A DNA stretch of 37,576 bases from an uncultured Candidatus Saccharibacteria bacterium (GCA_964435545.1 CAYSZI010000001.1:16079-53654), one strand, 5' to 3'. Numbered from the stretch's first letter, positions 8,548-17,103 are shown. Notes: generated by a model from the letters alone, not told the origin. A program made the numbers and translations.

Positions 8548-9687
8548 ATGTCATCACAAGAAAATAAACCAGGTGCTGGTGTGTCAAAACAAGAAGAGAC
8601 TGAAAATTCTGATAAAAATAACCAAGAGAATCAAGTAGTCTCGCCAGAAGATGTTGAGTCTAATAACGAGGAAAAACTTTCCAATACAATAGAGCAATCA
8701 AGCTCTGAAATTGCTTCCGTAGAAAATGAAGCTAAAAGAATTTCTCCTAGTCAAACAGCTAGGATAGAAGAAAGTGGTTCAATGACCATATTAAATGAAA
8801 AGACAGGTGAAGTAGATAAAAAAATCGAAAGTGCAAAAGTTGAAACTAATCAAAAAGTTTTAGGTGAGTTAATGAATCAGTTTAATGACTGGAAAGCTAA
8901 ACTAGAAAAAAATAGCCGTTCCGCGCCTCGTGCAATCAAATACACAGTGGACGAAGTTACAAAATTTTGTAATAAAAACGGAATACCAATACCGAAAGAA
9001 ATTTTAGATGCCACACAAGCACCAAAAGAAAAAACAAAAAAAGAGAAAGCCCCACAAGCGCTATCTACAAAACCCGCTGAAGTAAATACAAACGTTGAAG
9101 CTCCGCAAGTAGAACAAGTACCTGAGCCAGAAAAACCGGTTGAGACACAACAAGAAGAAACTTCTGTCGAACAAACAGTCGCGGAAGCACCCGCAGTTGA
9201 ACAACCAAAACCTATCGAAACAAAACACGAAGAAGGTATTGAAAAAACTCCTGTGACAGAGCCAAAAAATGAAGTCGTTTTTCAAAAAATTGCTACACTT
9301 CCACCTGTTGAAAATATTGAAGCGTCAAAAATGAGCGAGACTATTCGTAATTTAGTTATGAATAATCAAGAAATTGAGAAGCGTATTCAAGCAAGAGCAA
9401 TAGATACTGACGACATAAGAGCCATTATTACTTCTGCAATAAGAAATGAGGATTTATCTGTAAGCGAATTAAATTTTACAGTTGAAGGAAATAAAGCAAA
9501 CTTTTCTCAAAAACTCAATGACGCAATCGAGGAAAACGTAAAAAAGCTTAATTTAAACGGAAATAAAAAACTAGAATCCTTAAAATCCCAACTGGATATT
9601 ACTGGACAAGAAGAGCGTTCAAAAAAAGCAGACGACAGACTCATAAAAATAGGAAGTCAGACTAAAAGAATTGTCAGCAGAGAATAA
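8548..9687 (+). CDS. Hypothetical acidic, low-complexity protein (379 aa)
   Basis: Long ORF rich in E/Q/K/P/V, with a PEKPVETQQEETSVEQTVAEAPAVEQPKPIE tract. No TM segment or signal peptide. No family recognised. Confidence 0.55.
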   Translation: MSSQENKPGAGVSKQEETENSDKNNQENQVVSPEDVESNNEEKLSNTIEQSSSEIASVENEAKRISPSQTARIEESGSMTILNEKTGEVDKKIESAKVETNQKVLGELMNQFNDWKAKLEKNSRSAPRAIKYTVDEVTKFCNKNGIPIPKEILDATQAPKEKTKKEKAPQALSTKPAEVNTNVEAPQVEQVPEPEKPVETQQEETSVEQTVAEAPAVEQPKPIETKHEEGIEKTPVTEPKNEVVFQKIATLPPVENIEASKMSETIRNLVMNNQEIEKRIQARAIDTDDIRAIITSAIRNEDLSVSELNFTVEGNKANFSQKLNDAIEENVKKLNLNGNKKLESLKSQLDITGQEERSKKADDRLIKIGSQTKRIVSRE

Positions 9688-9692
9688 AAATT

Positions 9693-9721
9693 TTGCAAAA
9701 AAGTAACCTATAAGGTACACT
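9693..9721 (+). promoter_or_regulatory. Sigma70-type promoter of trpS (leaderless geometry)
   Basis: TTGCAA-N17-TACACT, with the -10 ending 6 nt before the trpS ATG at 9728. Confidence 0.6.
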
Positions 9722-9727
9722 TTCATT

Positions 9728-10672
9728 ATGAAAAAAGTACTGCTTTCCGGAATAAAACCAACAGGGGATTTGCATATCGGAAATTATTTTGGCGCGATTC
9801 GCCAGTGGCTAGAAATGCAAGAAACTTATGATTCCTATGTTTTTGTTGCAGATTTGCATGCTTTAACAACACTACAAGACGCAGACACACTGAAAAAAAA
9901 TATTTTTAATATGGTGGCATCATACATGGCGTGTGGTCTTGATCCAGAAAAAATTACTTTATTTAAACAATCATCAATCGGCGGTGAAGTTTCAGAACTC
10001 GCATGGATTTTTAATTGCATAACTACAGTGCCATATCTTGAACGCGCACATGCATACAAGGATGCTGTTGCAAAAGGAAACGAAGCAAACGTTGGACTTT
10101 TTGATTATCCACTTTTGATGGCTGCCGATATTTTAATGCAAGACGCAGATGTTGTTCCTGTTGGTGCAGACCAAAAACAACATGTTGAAATTACTCGAGA
10201 CACAGCAGAAAAATTTAATCGTATCTGGGGAGAAACTTTTAAAATTCCAGAACCGCTTATTTTAAACGAAGTTGCTATCGTTCCTGGAATTGATGGACGA
10301 AAAATGTCAAAGAGTTATGGAAACACAATTCCACTTTTTGCAAACAACGAAGAGATCACAAAATTGGTAATGTCTATTGTTACAGACTCTAGCGGAGAGC
10401 GTCCAGAAAATGTTTATGCCATCCACAAACTTTTCCGCCCAGAAAATGAACTAGAAAAATTATACGAAGAAAACAAAGGTAAATACAAAATTTTGAAAGA
10501 AACTCTCGCTGAAGATATAAAATCATTCATCAGACCTATGCGTGAAAAATATGAATTCTTGCAAAGCAACCCAGAATTCGTAAATGAAGTTCTTAAAAAT
10601 GGAGGAGAAAAAGTAAAAGAAAAAACTGAACAAAAAATGCAGATTATTAAAAAAACAGTTGGTTTAATATAA
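9728..10672 (+). CDS. trpS: Tryptophanyl-tRNA synthetase
   Basis: SGIKPTGDLHIGNYFGA (HIGH-type) and KMSKSYGN (KMSKS). 314 aa, class Ic layout. Confidence 0.93.
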   Translation: MKKVLLSGIKPTGDLHIGNYFGAIRQWLEMQETYDSYVFVADLHALTTLQDADTLKKNIFNMVASYMACGLDPEKITLFKQSSIGGEVSELAWIFNCITTVPYLERAHAYKDAVAKGNEANVGLFDYPLLMAADILMQDADVVPVGADQKQHVEITRDTAEKFNRIWGETFKIPEPLILNEVAIVPGIDGRKMSKSYGNTIPLFANNEEITKLVMSIVTDSSGERPENVYAIHKLFRPENELEKLYEENKGKYKILKETLAEDIKSFIRPMREKYEFLQSNPEFVNEVLKNGGEKVKEKTEQKMQIIKKTVGLI

Positions 10673-10676
10673 CTAT

Positions 10677-10919
10677 ATGATTATTTGGAAAGTAATTAGA
10701 TTTATAATAATTTCACTTCTCATGGTTGTTTATTGGCCAATGAACATGATTTTTTTGCAAATCAAAAAGCATTATTTCAAATGGAAAAAAGAAGACAGAA
10801 TTTCTTTCTGGCTTGCAACTCCTTTTTATTGGTTTTTCTTTTTGCTTACTGCAATTATCGCATTTCCATTCGAAATGCTAGGTGAAGCTGCGCATCCACC
10901 ACTCGACGGCTTCAGATAG
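10677..10919 (+). CDS. Small two-TM membrane protein (80 aa)
   Basis: ATG lies 4 nt after the trpS stop. Two hydrophobic helices (VIRFIIISLLMVVYWPMNMIF, FYWFFFLLTAIIAFPF). Confidence 0.5.
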   Translation: MIIWKVIRFIIISLLMVVYWPMNMIFLQIKKHYFKWKKEDRISFWLATPFYWFFFLLTAIIAFPFEMLGEAAHPPLDGFR

Positions 10920-10951
10920 CCGAAAATCACATTTTGTGTTAAATTATTTGT

Positions 10952-12301
10952 ATGAGAAATAGAACTTATACAAAAGATTTATCAAATAAAGTAGGGGAAA
11001 CAATCACGCTTGCGGGCTGGGTGAATATTCGTCGAGATCAAGGAAAAATGGTCTTTTTTGACCTTCGTGACATGACAGGAATTGTTCAATGTGTTGTTTT
11101 ACCAAACCATGTTGAAGCTGTTACTATCGCAAAAGAAATTCGTTCAGAGTGGGTTTTAAAAGTTGAAGGAATTGTAAACAAGCGCCCAGCAAAAAATATA
11201 AATCCAAACATCGCAAGTGGAGATGTTGAGCTTGAAGTTACAAAAATGGAAGTATTGTCCGAGGCTGCTGCTTTGCCTTTTGACATGTCAAACGAAGGTT
11301 ACAATCTAGACTTATCAACAGAGCTCGACAATCGCTCGCTAGTTTTGCGTCAACCAAAAATCCAAGCAGTATTTAAGGTTCAAGAAACAATCATCGATTC
11401 ATTCCGCGAATTCATGAAGAAAAATGATTTCTTTGAATTTCAAGCACCAGCAATAACTCCAGCAACAGCAGAAGGCGGAGCTGAAGTTTTTAAAATTGAT
11501 TATTTTGACAAAAAAGCGTATCTCACACAATCACCACAACTTTACAAACAAATTGTAATGTCTGCATTTGAAAGATGTTTTTCTGTAAACAAAGTTTTTC
11601 GCGCAGAACCATCTTCAACAACACGACACCTCACTGAAATTGTTTCTCTCGATGCAGAGATGGGATTTATTGATTCATGGACAGATGTAAAAGACATGGC
11701 CGAAGAAACAGTTCGATTTATTTTACAAAACGTAGAAAATAAAAATTCTGAACATCTTAAACTTATCGGAGCAACACTTCCTGTGATGATCGAAAAAACT
11801 CCAACCATTTCTCTCACCGAAGCTCAACAAAAAATATTTGAAGTAAACGGTCGTGACACACGCGGAGAAAAAGATTTGAATGCACAAGACGAACGTGAGC
11901 TTTGTGAAATAATTAAAAATGAAACAGGTTCAGACTTTGTTTTTGTTTATGGATACCCAACACGCCAAAAACCATTTTATGTATTTCCAAATCCAGAAAA
12001 TCCAGAATTTAACGAAGGCGTGGACTTGTTGTGTCGTGGCGTTGAATGGCTATCTGGAGGACGTAGAATAAACGAATACAAGCAACTCATGGAGCACGTA
12101 GAGAAGTGGAATATGGATCCAGCTAAAGTAAAAATGTTTCTTGAAGCATTCAAATACGGTGTACCACCCGAAGGAGGATTTGCCTTTGGTGCAGAACGCA
12201 TAACAATGCAATTGCTCGGTCTTCAAAACGTTCGCCAAGCCTCAATGTTTCCTCGTGATATGAATCGTATCGACGAGAGACTCACCGAGGACGGATACTA
12301 A
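10952..12301 (+). CDS. aspS: Aspartyl-tRNA synthetase, short archaeal/eukaryote-like type
   Basis: OB-fold N-terminus (ITLAGWVNIRRDQGKMVFFDLRD). Class II motif 2 VFRAEPS and motif 3 GFAFGAERI. 449 aa with no bacterial insertion domain. Confidence 0.9.
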   Translation: MRNRTYTKDLSNKVGETITLAGWVNIRRDQGKMVFFDLRDMTGIVQCVVLPNHVEAVTIAKEIRSEWVLKVEGIVNKRPAKNINPNIASGDVELEVTKMEVLSEAAALPFDMSNEGYNLDLSTELDNRSLVLRQPKIQAVFKVQETIIDSFREFMKKNDFFEFQAPAITPATAEGGAEVFKIDYFDKKAYLTQSPQLYKQIVMSAFERCFSVNKVFRAEPSSTTRHLTEIVSLDAEMGFIDSWTDVKDMAEETVRFILQNVENKNSEHLKLIGATLPVMIEKTPTISLTEAQQKIFEVNGRDTRGEKDLNAQDERELCEIIKNETGSDFVFVYGYPTRQKPFYVFPNPENPEFNEGVDLLCRGVEWLSGGRRINEYKQLMEHVEKWNMDPAKVKMFLEAFKYGVPPEGGFAFGAERITMQLLGLQNVRQASMFPRDMNRIDERLTEDGY

Positions 12302-12305
12302 TAAA

Positions 12306-13283
12306 ATGAAAACAATTTTTGCTGAAAAAATAAAAGCAGGAGATACTATCGCAATAATTGCGCCGTCTAGTTCTGCCTCAAGTTTTAAAAAAACATTTCA
12401 CAATAAAGCAATAAGAGTTATAAAAAAGGAACTCGGTCTAAATATTTCTTTTAGTAAAAATGCTTTTGAAAAAGATATTCTTGGTTCATCTTCTGTTAAA
12501 TCAAGAATCGAGGATTTGAATAAAGCTTTTTCTGATAAAAATATTAAAGCAATTATTTGCGTACGCGGAGGATTTAATGCTAATTCATTATTGAAATATA
12601 TTGATTGGGAGAATATAAAAGCAAACCCAAAACCTTTGTGTGGTTTTTCTGATATCACAGTACTTACAAATTCAATATACGCAAAAACAGGAATTGTTTC
12701 TTATGTCGGGCCAAACTTTGCAAGTTTTAGTGCAAAAGAAGGCGTGGATTATGTTGTTGAATATTTTAAAAAATGTTTGATGACAAACGAACCATTTGAA
12801 ATATTGCCAAGTAAAATGCAAGGCGAAAGAAAAGTTAAATTTAAAAAAAATCCCGGATGTGTTGTTTTGCAAGAAGGCGAGGCACAAGGAATTTTAATAG
12901 GAGGACACATGTCCACTCTAAATTTATTACATGGCACTGAATTTATGCCGTCACTAAAAAATTCAATTTTATTTCTTGAGACAGATAGTTTTGGAGGTAA
13001 AGAATCTGTCATAGAATTTGAACGTGATTTGCAATCAATTTTACACATTACTGATGCAAAAAATATTAAAGGTATTGTTTTTGGTCGTTTTCAAAAAGAA
13101 TCTAAAATGACCCTTGAAAAATTGAAATTCATCGTGTCTTCAAAAGACGAACTCAAAAATATTCCAATAATAGCAAATGCTGATTTCGGACACACTCAAC
13201 CAATCGCCACACTTCCAATAGGAGGTACTGTAAAAATCGAAGCAAAAGGAAAACTTTCAAAAATTGAACTACTAAAACACTAA
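12306..13283 (+). CDS. Peptidase S66 family: LD-carboxypeptidase (LdcA) / MccF-like
   Basis: IAIIAPSS N-terminus, nucleophile motif GFSDITVL, late ADFGHTQP histidine. Starts 4 nt after the aspS stop. Confidence 0.8.
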   Translation: MKTIFAEKIKAGDTIAIIAPSSSASSFKKTFHNKAIRVIKKELGLNISFSKNAFEKDILGSSSVKSRIEDLNKAFSDKNIKAIICVRGGFNANSLLKYIDWENIKANPKPLCGFSDITVLTNSIYAKTGIVSYVGPNFASFSAKEGVDYVVEYFKKCLMTNEPFEILPSKMQGERKVKFKKNPGCVVLQEGEAQGILIGGHMSTLNLLHGTEFMPSLKNSILFLETDSFGGKESVIEFERDLQSILHITDAKNIKGIVFGRFQKESKMTLEKLKFIVSSKDELKNIPIIANADFGHTQPIATLPIGGTVKIEAKGKLSKIELLKH

Positions 13284-13323
13284 TCTACTTTACTTTGATA
13301 AAGTGGAATGATATAGTCATTTT

Positions 13324-14163
13324 ATGGATGCCATTAATGACCCAATAGAAATAACAGGAAAGAATCTTGGACCAGTAAGCGTAATACTTGCAGGTGTTCA
13401 TGGTGACGAACTCGGTGGAATTAAAGCGTTTGAAGAAATTTTACCAAATTTAAAGATAGACAATGGTAAGGTTTATTTTATATATGGAAACCCTGAAGCG
13501 ATCAAAAAAAGTGTACGTTATATTCAGTCAAACCTAAATCGAATGTTTAAAAATGAATCAGAGATTAATGAAATAGATAAGATTTCATATGAATATAACC
13601 GTGCTCAGTTTATAAAAAAATACCTAGATAAATCTAATGCTTTGCTCGACATTCACTCAAGTTTTACACCTGAAAGTAAGCCATTTATTATTGCAGAAAA
13701 TAATTCGATTGAAATAACAAAGTTTTTACCATTTGATCTTGTGGTTTCAGGTTTTGATAATGTTGAACCAGGAGGAACTGATTATTACATGAACAAAAAA
13801 GGAGGAACAGGTATTTGTATTGAATGCGGTTATCTAACAGATGATAGTTCGCAAAAAATCGCAAAAGAAAGTATACATTCTTTCTTAAAGTTGCGAGGCC
13901 ACATCAACAATGATGGAAGAATGAACCAATTAAAACAATCAAATGTAAATATTACAGATATTTACTACACAAAAACAAATAATTTTACTCTACAAAAGCA
14001 TTTCTGTGATTTTGAAAAAGTCTCGAAAGGACAACTTATTGCAACAGATGGGGATGAAAAAATTTTTGCAGAAAAAGATGGAGTCATTTTGTTTGCGAGA
14101 AATTTAAACGAAGTCAATGATGAAGGATTTCTTTTTGGTGAAAATATAAAAACCCTTGTGTAG
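13324..14163 (+). CDS. M14-like zinc hydrolase, AstE/AspA (succinylglutamate desuccinylase/aspartoacylase) or MpaA-like
   Basis: Zinc-ligand pattern GVHGDELGG (HxxE) and a downstream LLDIHSS histidine. 279 aa. Confidence 0.7.
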   Translation: MDAINDPIEITGKNLGPVSVILAGVHGDELGGIKAFEEILPNLKIDNGKVYFIYGNPEAIKKSVRYIQSNLNRMFKNESEINEIDKISYEYNRAQFIKKYLDKSNALLDIHSSFTPESKPFIIAENNSIEITKFLPFDLVVSGFDNVEPGGTDYYMNKKGGTGICIECGYLTDDSSQKIAKESIHSFLKLRGHINNDGRMNQLKQSNVNITDIYYTKTNNFTLQKHFCDFEKVSKGQLIATDGDEKIFAEKDGVILFARNLNEVNDEGFLFGENIKTLV

Positions 14164-14178
14164 TGTTACACAAGGGTT
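14151..14178. terminator. Hairpin between convergent genes (12-bp stem, 4-nt loop)
   Basis: AACCCTTGTGTA-gtgt-TACACAAGGGTT overlaps the TAG stop at 14161-14163. There is no strong T-tract, so terminator function is tentative. Confidence 0.5.
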
Positions 14179-14184
14179 AAATTA

Positions 14185-14799
14185 TTATTCAAATGAAAGA
14201 GTCATGATTATTTTTTTTGAACCTGGTAATGAGAGAACATTTTCTCCACCCATTTTTTTAATCAAAAAATACATCTGTGAATCAATCATTGTTCTTAAAA
14301 GAATATTTTTTTCATTTTGTTGATGAAAAATATGTTCAATTATTTTTCGGCCAAATCCTTTACATTGATTATTTGGTTTTATTCCAACTTCATCAAGATA
14401 AAAAAACTCTCCTTCGCCCAATTTCTGATTTAAACCCAGAAATCCTAGATACTTATCTGTATTTTCGCACATGATAATTTTATAACCCCAAGCAAACCCG
14501 ACAATTTCTGAGTCGAGATATGCAACAAGGCAAACAGAAGCTTCCTTTTTCATTTCTTGATAGAAATCAGAAACTACTTTTTCAGTAGGCCAGTAGTGTA
14601 TTAAATTCACACTACTATTATTACTGCTACAAGCTGGGCATGTCTTCTTGCTTTCGCAAGATAACGCAAAATACTCGCCGCATACGGGACACAAATATCC
14701 TTCATTCCAAGGAGCCCCACCAAAAGTTTCTTGATAAACTTTTGCGATTTCCATTACAACCTCTGGTTGTTCAAATGGATTAATTTTTACGATTTCCAT
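14185..14799 (-). CDS. GNAT-family N-acyltransferase with an inserted CxxC...CxxC zinc ribbon
   Basis: GNAT core (LDEVGIKPNNQCKGFGRKIIEHI acyl-CoA loop). The CPVCGEYF...CPACSS insert follows the FGGAPWNEGY segment. Confidence 0.7.
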   Translation of the reverse strand: MEIVKINPFEQPEVVMEIAKVYQETFGGAPWNEGYLCPVCGEYFALSCESKKTCPACSSNNSSVNLIHYWPTEKVVSDFYQEMKKEASVCLVAYLDSEIVGFAWGYKIIMCENTDKYLGFLGLNQKLGEGEFFYLDEVGIKPNNQCKGFGRKIIEHIFHQQNEKNILLRTMIDSQMYFLIKKMGGENVLSLPGSKKIIMTLSFE

Positions 14800-14827
14800 A
14801 ATATATTTAAATTTAAAAGAACAGTAG

Positions 14828-14898
14828 CGTCTTCGAAGGGATTTGCACCCTTATAAATCTTTTCACAAAAGATGACTCTTCTATTGAGCTACGAAGAC
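14828..14898 (-). tRNA. tRNA-His (anticodon GUG), atypical, no encoded CCA
   Basis: Hand-folded cloverleaf. Acceptor GTCTTCG/CGAAGAC (7 bp), D stem GCTC/GAGT, anticodon stem ATCTT/AAGAT with loop TTGTGAA, T stem AAGGG/CCCTT with loop TGCAAAT. Discriminator is G and the base at -1 is T. Confidence 0.7.
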
Positions 14899-14900
14899 AT

Positions 14901-14930
14901 TAAAAGACCCTCCCGAAATTGGGAAGGGGC
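14901..14930 (-). terminator. Intrinsic terminator of the yerC-like gene
   Basis: The minus strand reads CCCCTTCCC-aatttc-GGGAGGG followed by TCTTTTA. GC-rich stem with one bulge. Confidence 0.6.
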
Positions 14931-14959
14931 TAGCTTCGAGTATTTATGTTTTTGTTTTG

Positions 14960-15295
14960 CTATTTTTTGTGCAAAGACAACCCTTTCCCAATTTGAGTTT
15001 GAGAATGGTGATGATGTAGCTTTGAAATGATGCCTTTATAGCCTCCGGTACCGCTATTGAGCCATTTTGAGACTCTGGCAACGGTCGTAGAAGAGAATCC
15101 GGTTTCTTTTTCGATGGTAGAGTAGGGAATTTTATTTACAAGCATTTCTGCTGTCTTTAGTCGCTTTGCAAATTCCTCAATTTCACCAGACGTCATAAGG
15201 TCACGCAAAAAAAGCTTGGCTTCGTCGGCTGTTTCAAGAGAAAGAATCGCTTCAATCAATTGCTTATTTTCTTTTGCATTCCAATCAAATTTCAT
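14960..15295 (-). CDS. YerC/YecD-family TrpR-like DNA-binding protein
   Basis: LIEAILSLETADEAKLFLRDLMT...EEFAKRLKTAEML...STIEKETGFSSTTVARVSKWLNSGTGGY matches the YerC/YecD pattern. His-rich tail. Confidence 0.8.
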   Translation of the reverse strand: MKFDWNAKENKQLIEAILSLETADEAKLFLRDLMTSGEIEEFAKRLKTAEMLVNKIPYSTIEKETGFSSTTVARVSKWLNSGTGGYKGIISKLHHHHSQTQIGKGLSLHKK

Positions 15296-15305
15296 AACAC
15301 TTTCA

Positions 15306-15321
15306 CTTTAGCAAACTAAAG
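15306..15321. promoter_or_regulatory. Inverted repeat CTTTAG-N4-CTAAAG just upstream of the yerC-like start
   Basis: Perfect 6-bp arms, 11-26 nt upstream of the ATG at 15295 on the minus strand. Candidate autoregulatory operator. Confidence 0.3.
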
Positions 15322-15350
15322 CACTGCAGTCAAGTAAAGTACCTATATGT

Positions 15351-15396
15351 AAAATAAAACCGGACGAAATTCGATTTTTGTCAAATTTGTCCGGTT
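15351..15396 (-). terminator. Terminator of the 15432-15881 gene
   Basis: AACCGGAC...GTCCGGTT: 8-bp stem with a structured loop, followed on the minus strand by TTATTTT. Confidence 0.5.
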
Positions 15397-15431
15397 GTGT
15401 GTGATTTTGCAAAAAGAGTTTGTTGATATTT

Positions 15432-15881
15432 TTAATTGGTATATTTATCAGCAATGTCTTTTAGTTTTTTCTTCATACTTGCATATGAAGTATGAAAGTT
15501 TCGATAAAGCATTCTGTAGGTAATTTTTTTAATCGTATCATCAGGTGTAAAGCTTAAGGGTTGCGGCATAATTATTTTGCCAAACAATTTTTCGCAGAAG
15601 CTTTTATATTGTTCCGAAATCAGGTCGCTTACATTTAATTTTCCAGAAGCATGTATGCTCCAGATTTTGACGACCTCATGATTTGCATACAACTGCTTTT
15701 TTTCCTTTGCCTTAAACTCAAGTTTAAGAAGTAATATCAAGTACATTTTATAATACCCGATCATTAAATCAATCTCTTCCTGAAAATAGTCCGAAAGGAG
15801 CTCATTTTCAACGAAAGAAAAATCCATTGAATTAATAAAATTAATTCCCTCATCTAGTGTGAGGATTTTTACTGTTGCCAT
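15432..15881 (-). CDS. Hypothetical protein (149 aa)
   Basis: Clean ORF 36 nt downstream of the M20 peptidase gene on the same strand. No motif recognised. Confidence 0.5.
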   Translation of the reverse strand: MATVKILTLDEGINFINSMDFSFVENELLSDYFQEEIDLMIGYYKMYLILLLKLEFKAKEKKQLYANHEVVKIWSIHASGKLNVSDLISEQYKSFCEKLFGKIIMPQPLSFTPDDTIKKITYRMLYRNFHTSYASMKKKLKDIADKYTN

Positions 15882-15917
15882 ATTATGAAAATTTTAATGT
15901 ACAAAAAAATTTATTTC

Positions 15918-17027
15918 TTATATAAGAGTAATCAATTTTTTATATACTTGCAATCCTTTTTCCATTTTCTTAAGTTCGCAATATTCGTTTGGCTTATGCA
16001 CAGCATTTTCCGTACCGGAACCTAAAATAATCCCCGGAATATTAAGTTCCGAAAAGAAACATAAGTCCGTGGAAACTTTTCCGATACTTACTTTTCCGAT
16101 CAACTTTTTTCCAATCTGTGCAATTTTTTCATCAGGCGAGGTATATCCTGGTGGAGCTGGGTTGTAGATTATTTTTACTTCAGCATTAAATTTTGAAATA
16201 CATTTTTCAATCAGCTTAAAAGCGACTTTATCCAATTTTTTTGTTGTACGAACGTCTATTGTCATAGCACAGCTATCTGGAAATTTGTTTGGAGAAATAA
16301 ATTCACCGCCGTTTATTGAAGTAACTGCAATTGAAGGATTTCCCAGTACAGCATCACTATATTTTTTAATCCATGATTTTTCGAGCTTTCCTAATTCTTT
16401 TATTATTTTGAGTGTTTCAAAAATTGCCTGGTCTTTGACCTCATGTGGTTCAGAGCCATGACCCGATTTTCCTTTTACAGTTATTTGAGTATTAAAGTTT
16501 CCGCGGTGACCAAGACGAATTTCTTGCATATCTGTGGGCTCACAAATCACAGCATAAATTTCATAATATTTATTCAAATGACCTTGATTTTCAAACCATT
16601 CCAAAAATCTTTTTGTGCCATTTCCTCCAATTTCTTCCTCGCAAACAAAAACAATCCAAACATCCACATCTGGAGTTTTATGTTTCAACTCAACGGCAAG
16701 CTTCATCAAAACTGCAATACTGCATTTATTGTCGCTCGCACCAAGCCCAAAAATTTTGTCACCATTTTTTATCCCAGCGTCTTCACCGTATGGGGGATAG
16801 TCCCAACGTGAAAGTGCACCAGGGGAGATAGTATCCATGTGTGCATCAAAGATAATTGCTTTGTTTGAATTTTTTCCCTTAATTTGCAAGACAATATTCC
16901 CTGATTGTTTAATAGGTTTAAAACCAAACACAACAAGTGACGTAAAAATATAGTCGGCAACGTTGCGTTCATGTGTCGAAAGTGAGCTTATTTTTATGAG
17001 TTTTGTGACGATTCTCTCAATTTCCAT
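15918..17027 (-). CDS. M20-family metallopeptidase (ArgE/DapE/dipeptidase-like)
   Basis: IIFDAHMDT, GLGASDNKCSIAV and FVCEEEIGGNG metal-ligand motifs. I prefer the ATG at 17027 because the track's GTG at 17036 lies 1 nt from the TATAAT -10 at 17038-17043. Confidence 0.8.
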   Translation of the reverse strand: MEIERIVTKLIKISSLSTHERNVADYIFTSLVVFGFKPIKQSGNIVLQIKGKNSNKAIIFDAHMDTISPGALSRWDYPPYGEDAGIKNGDKIFGLGASDNKCSIAVLMKLAVELKHKTPDVDVWIVFVCEEEIGGNGTKRFLEWFENQGHLNKYYEIYAVICEPTDMQEIRLGHRGNFNTQITVKGKSGHGSEPHEVKDQAIFETLKIIKELGKLEKSWIKKYSDAVLGNPSIAVTSINGGEFISPNKFPDSCAMTIDVRTTKKLDKVAFKLIEKCISKFNAEVKIIYNPAPPGYTSPDEKIAQIGKKLIGKVSIGKVSTDLCFFSELNIPGIILGSGTENAVHKPNEYCELKKMEKGLQVYKKLITLI

Positions 17028-17103
17028 AACGCACAAAATTATACATGTAAATTCTAAAAAGTAAAGGTTTTGGGTTGTTTCTGGTGAAATTTATGAAGAT
17101 AAG

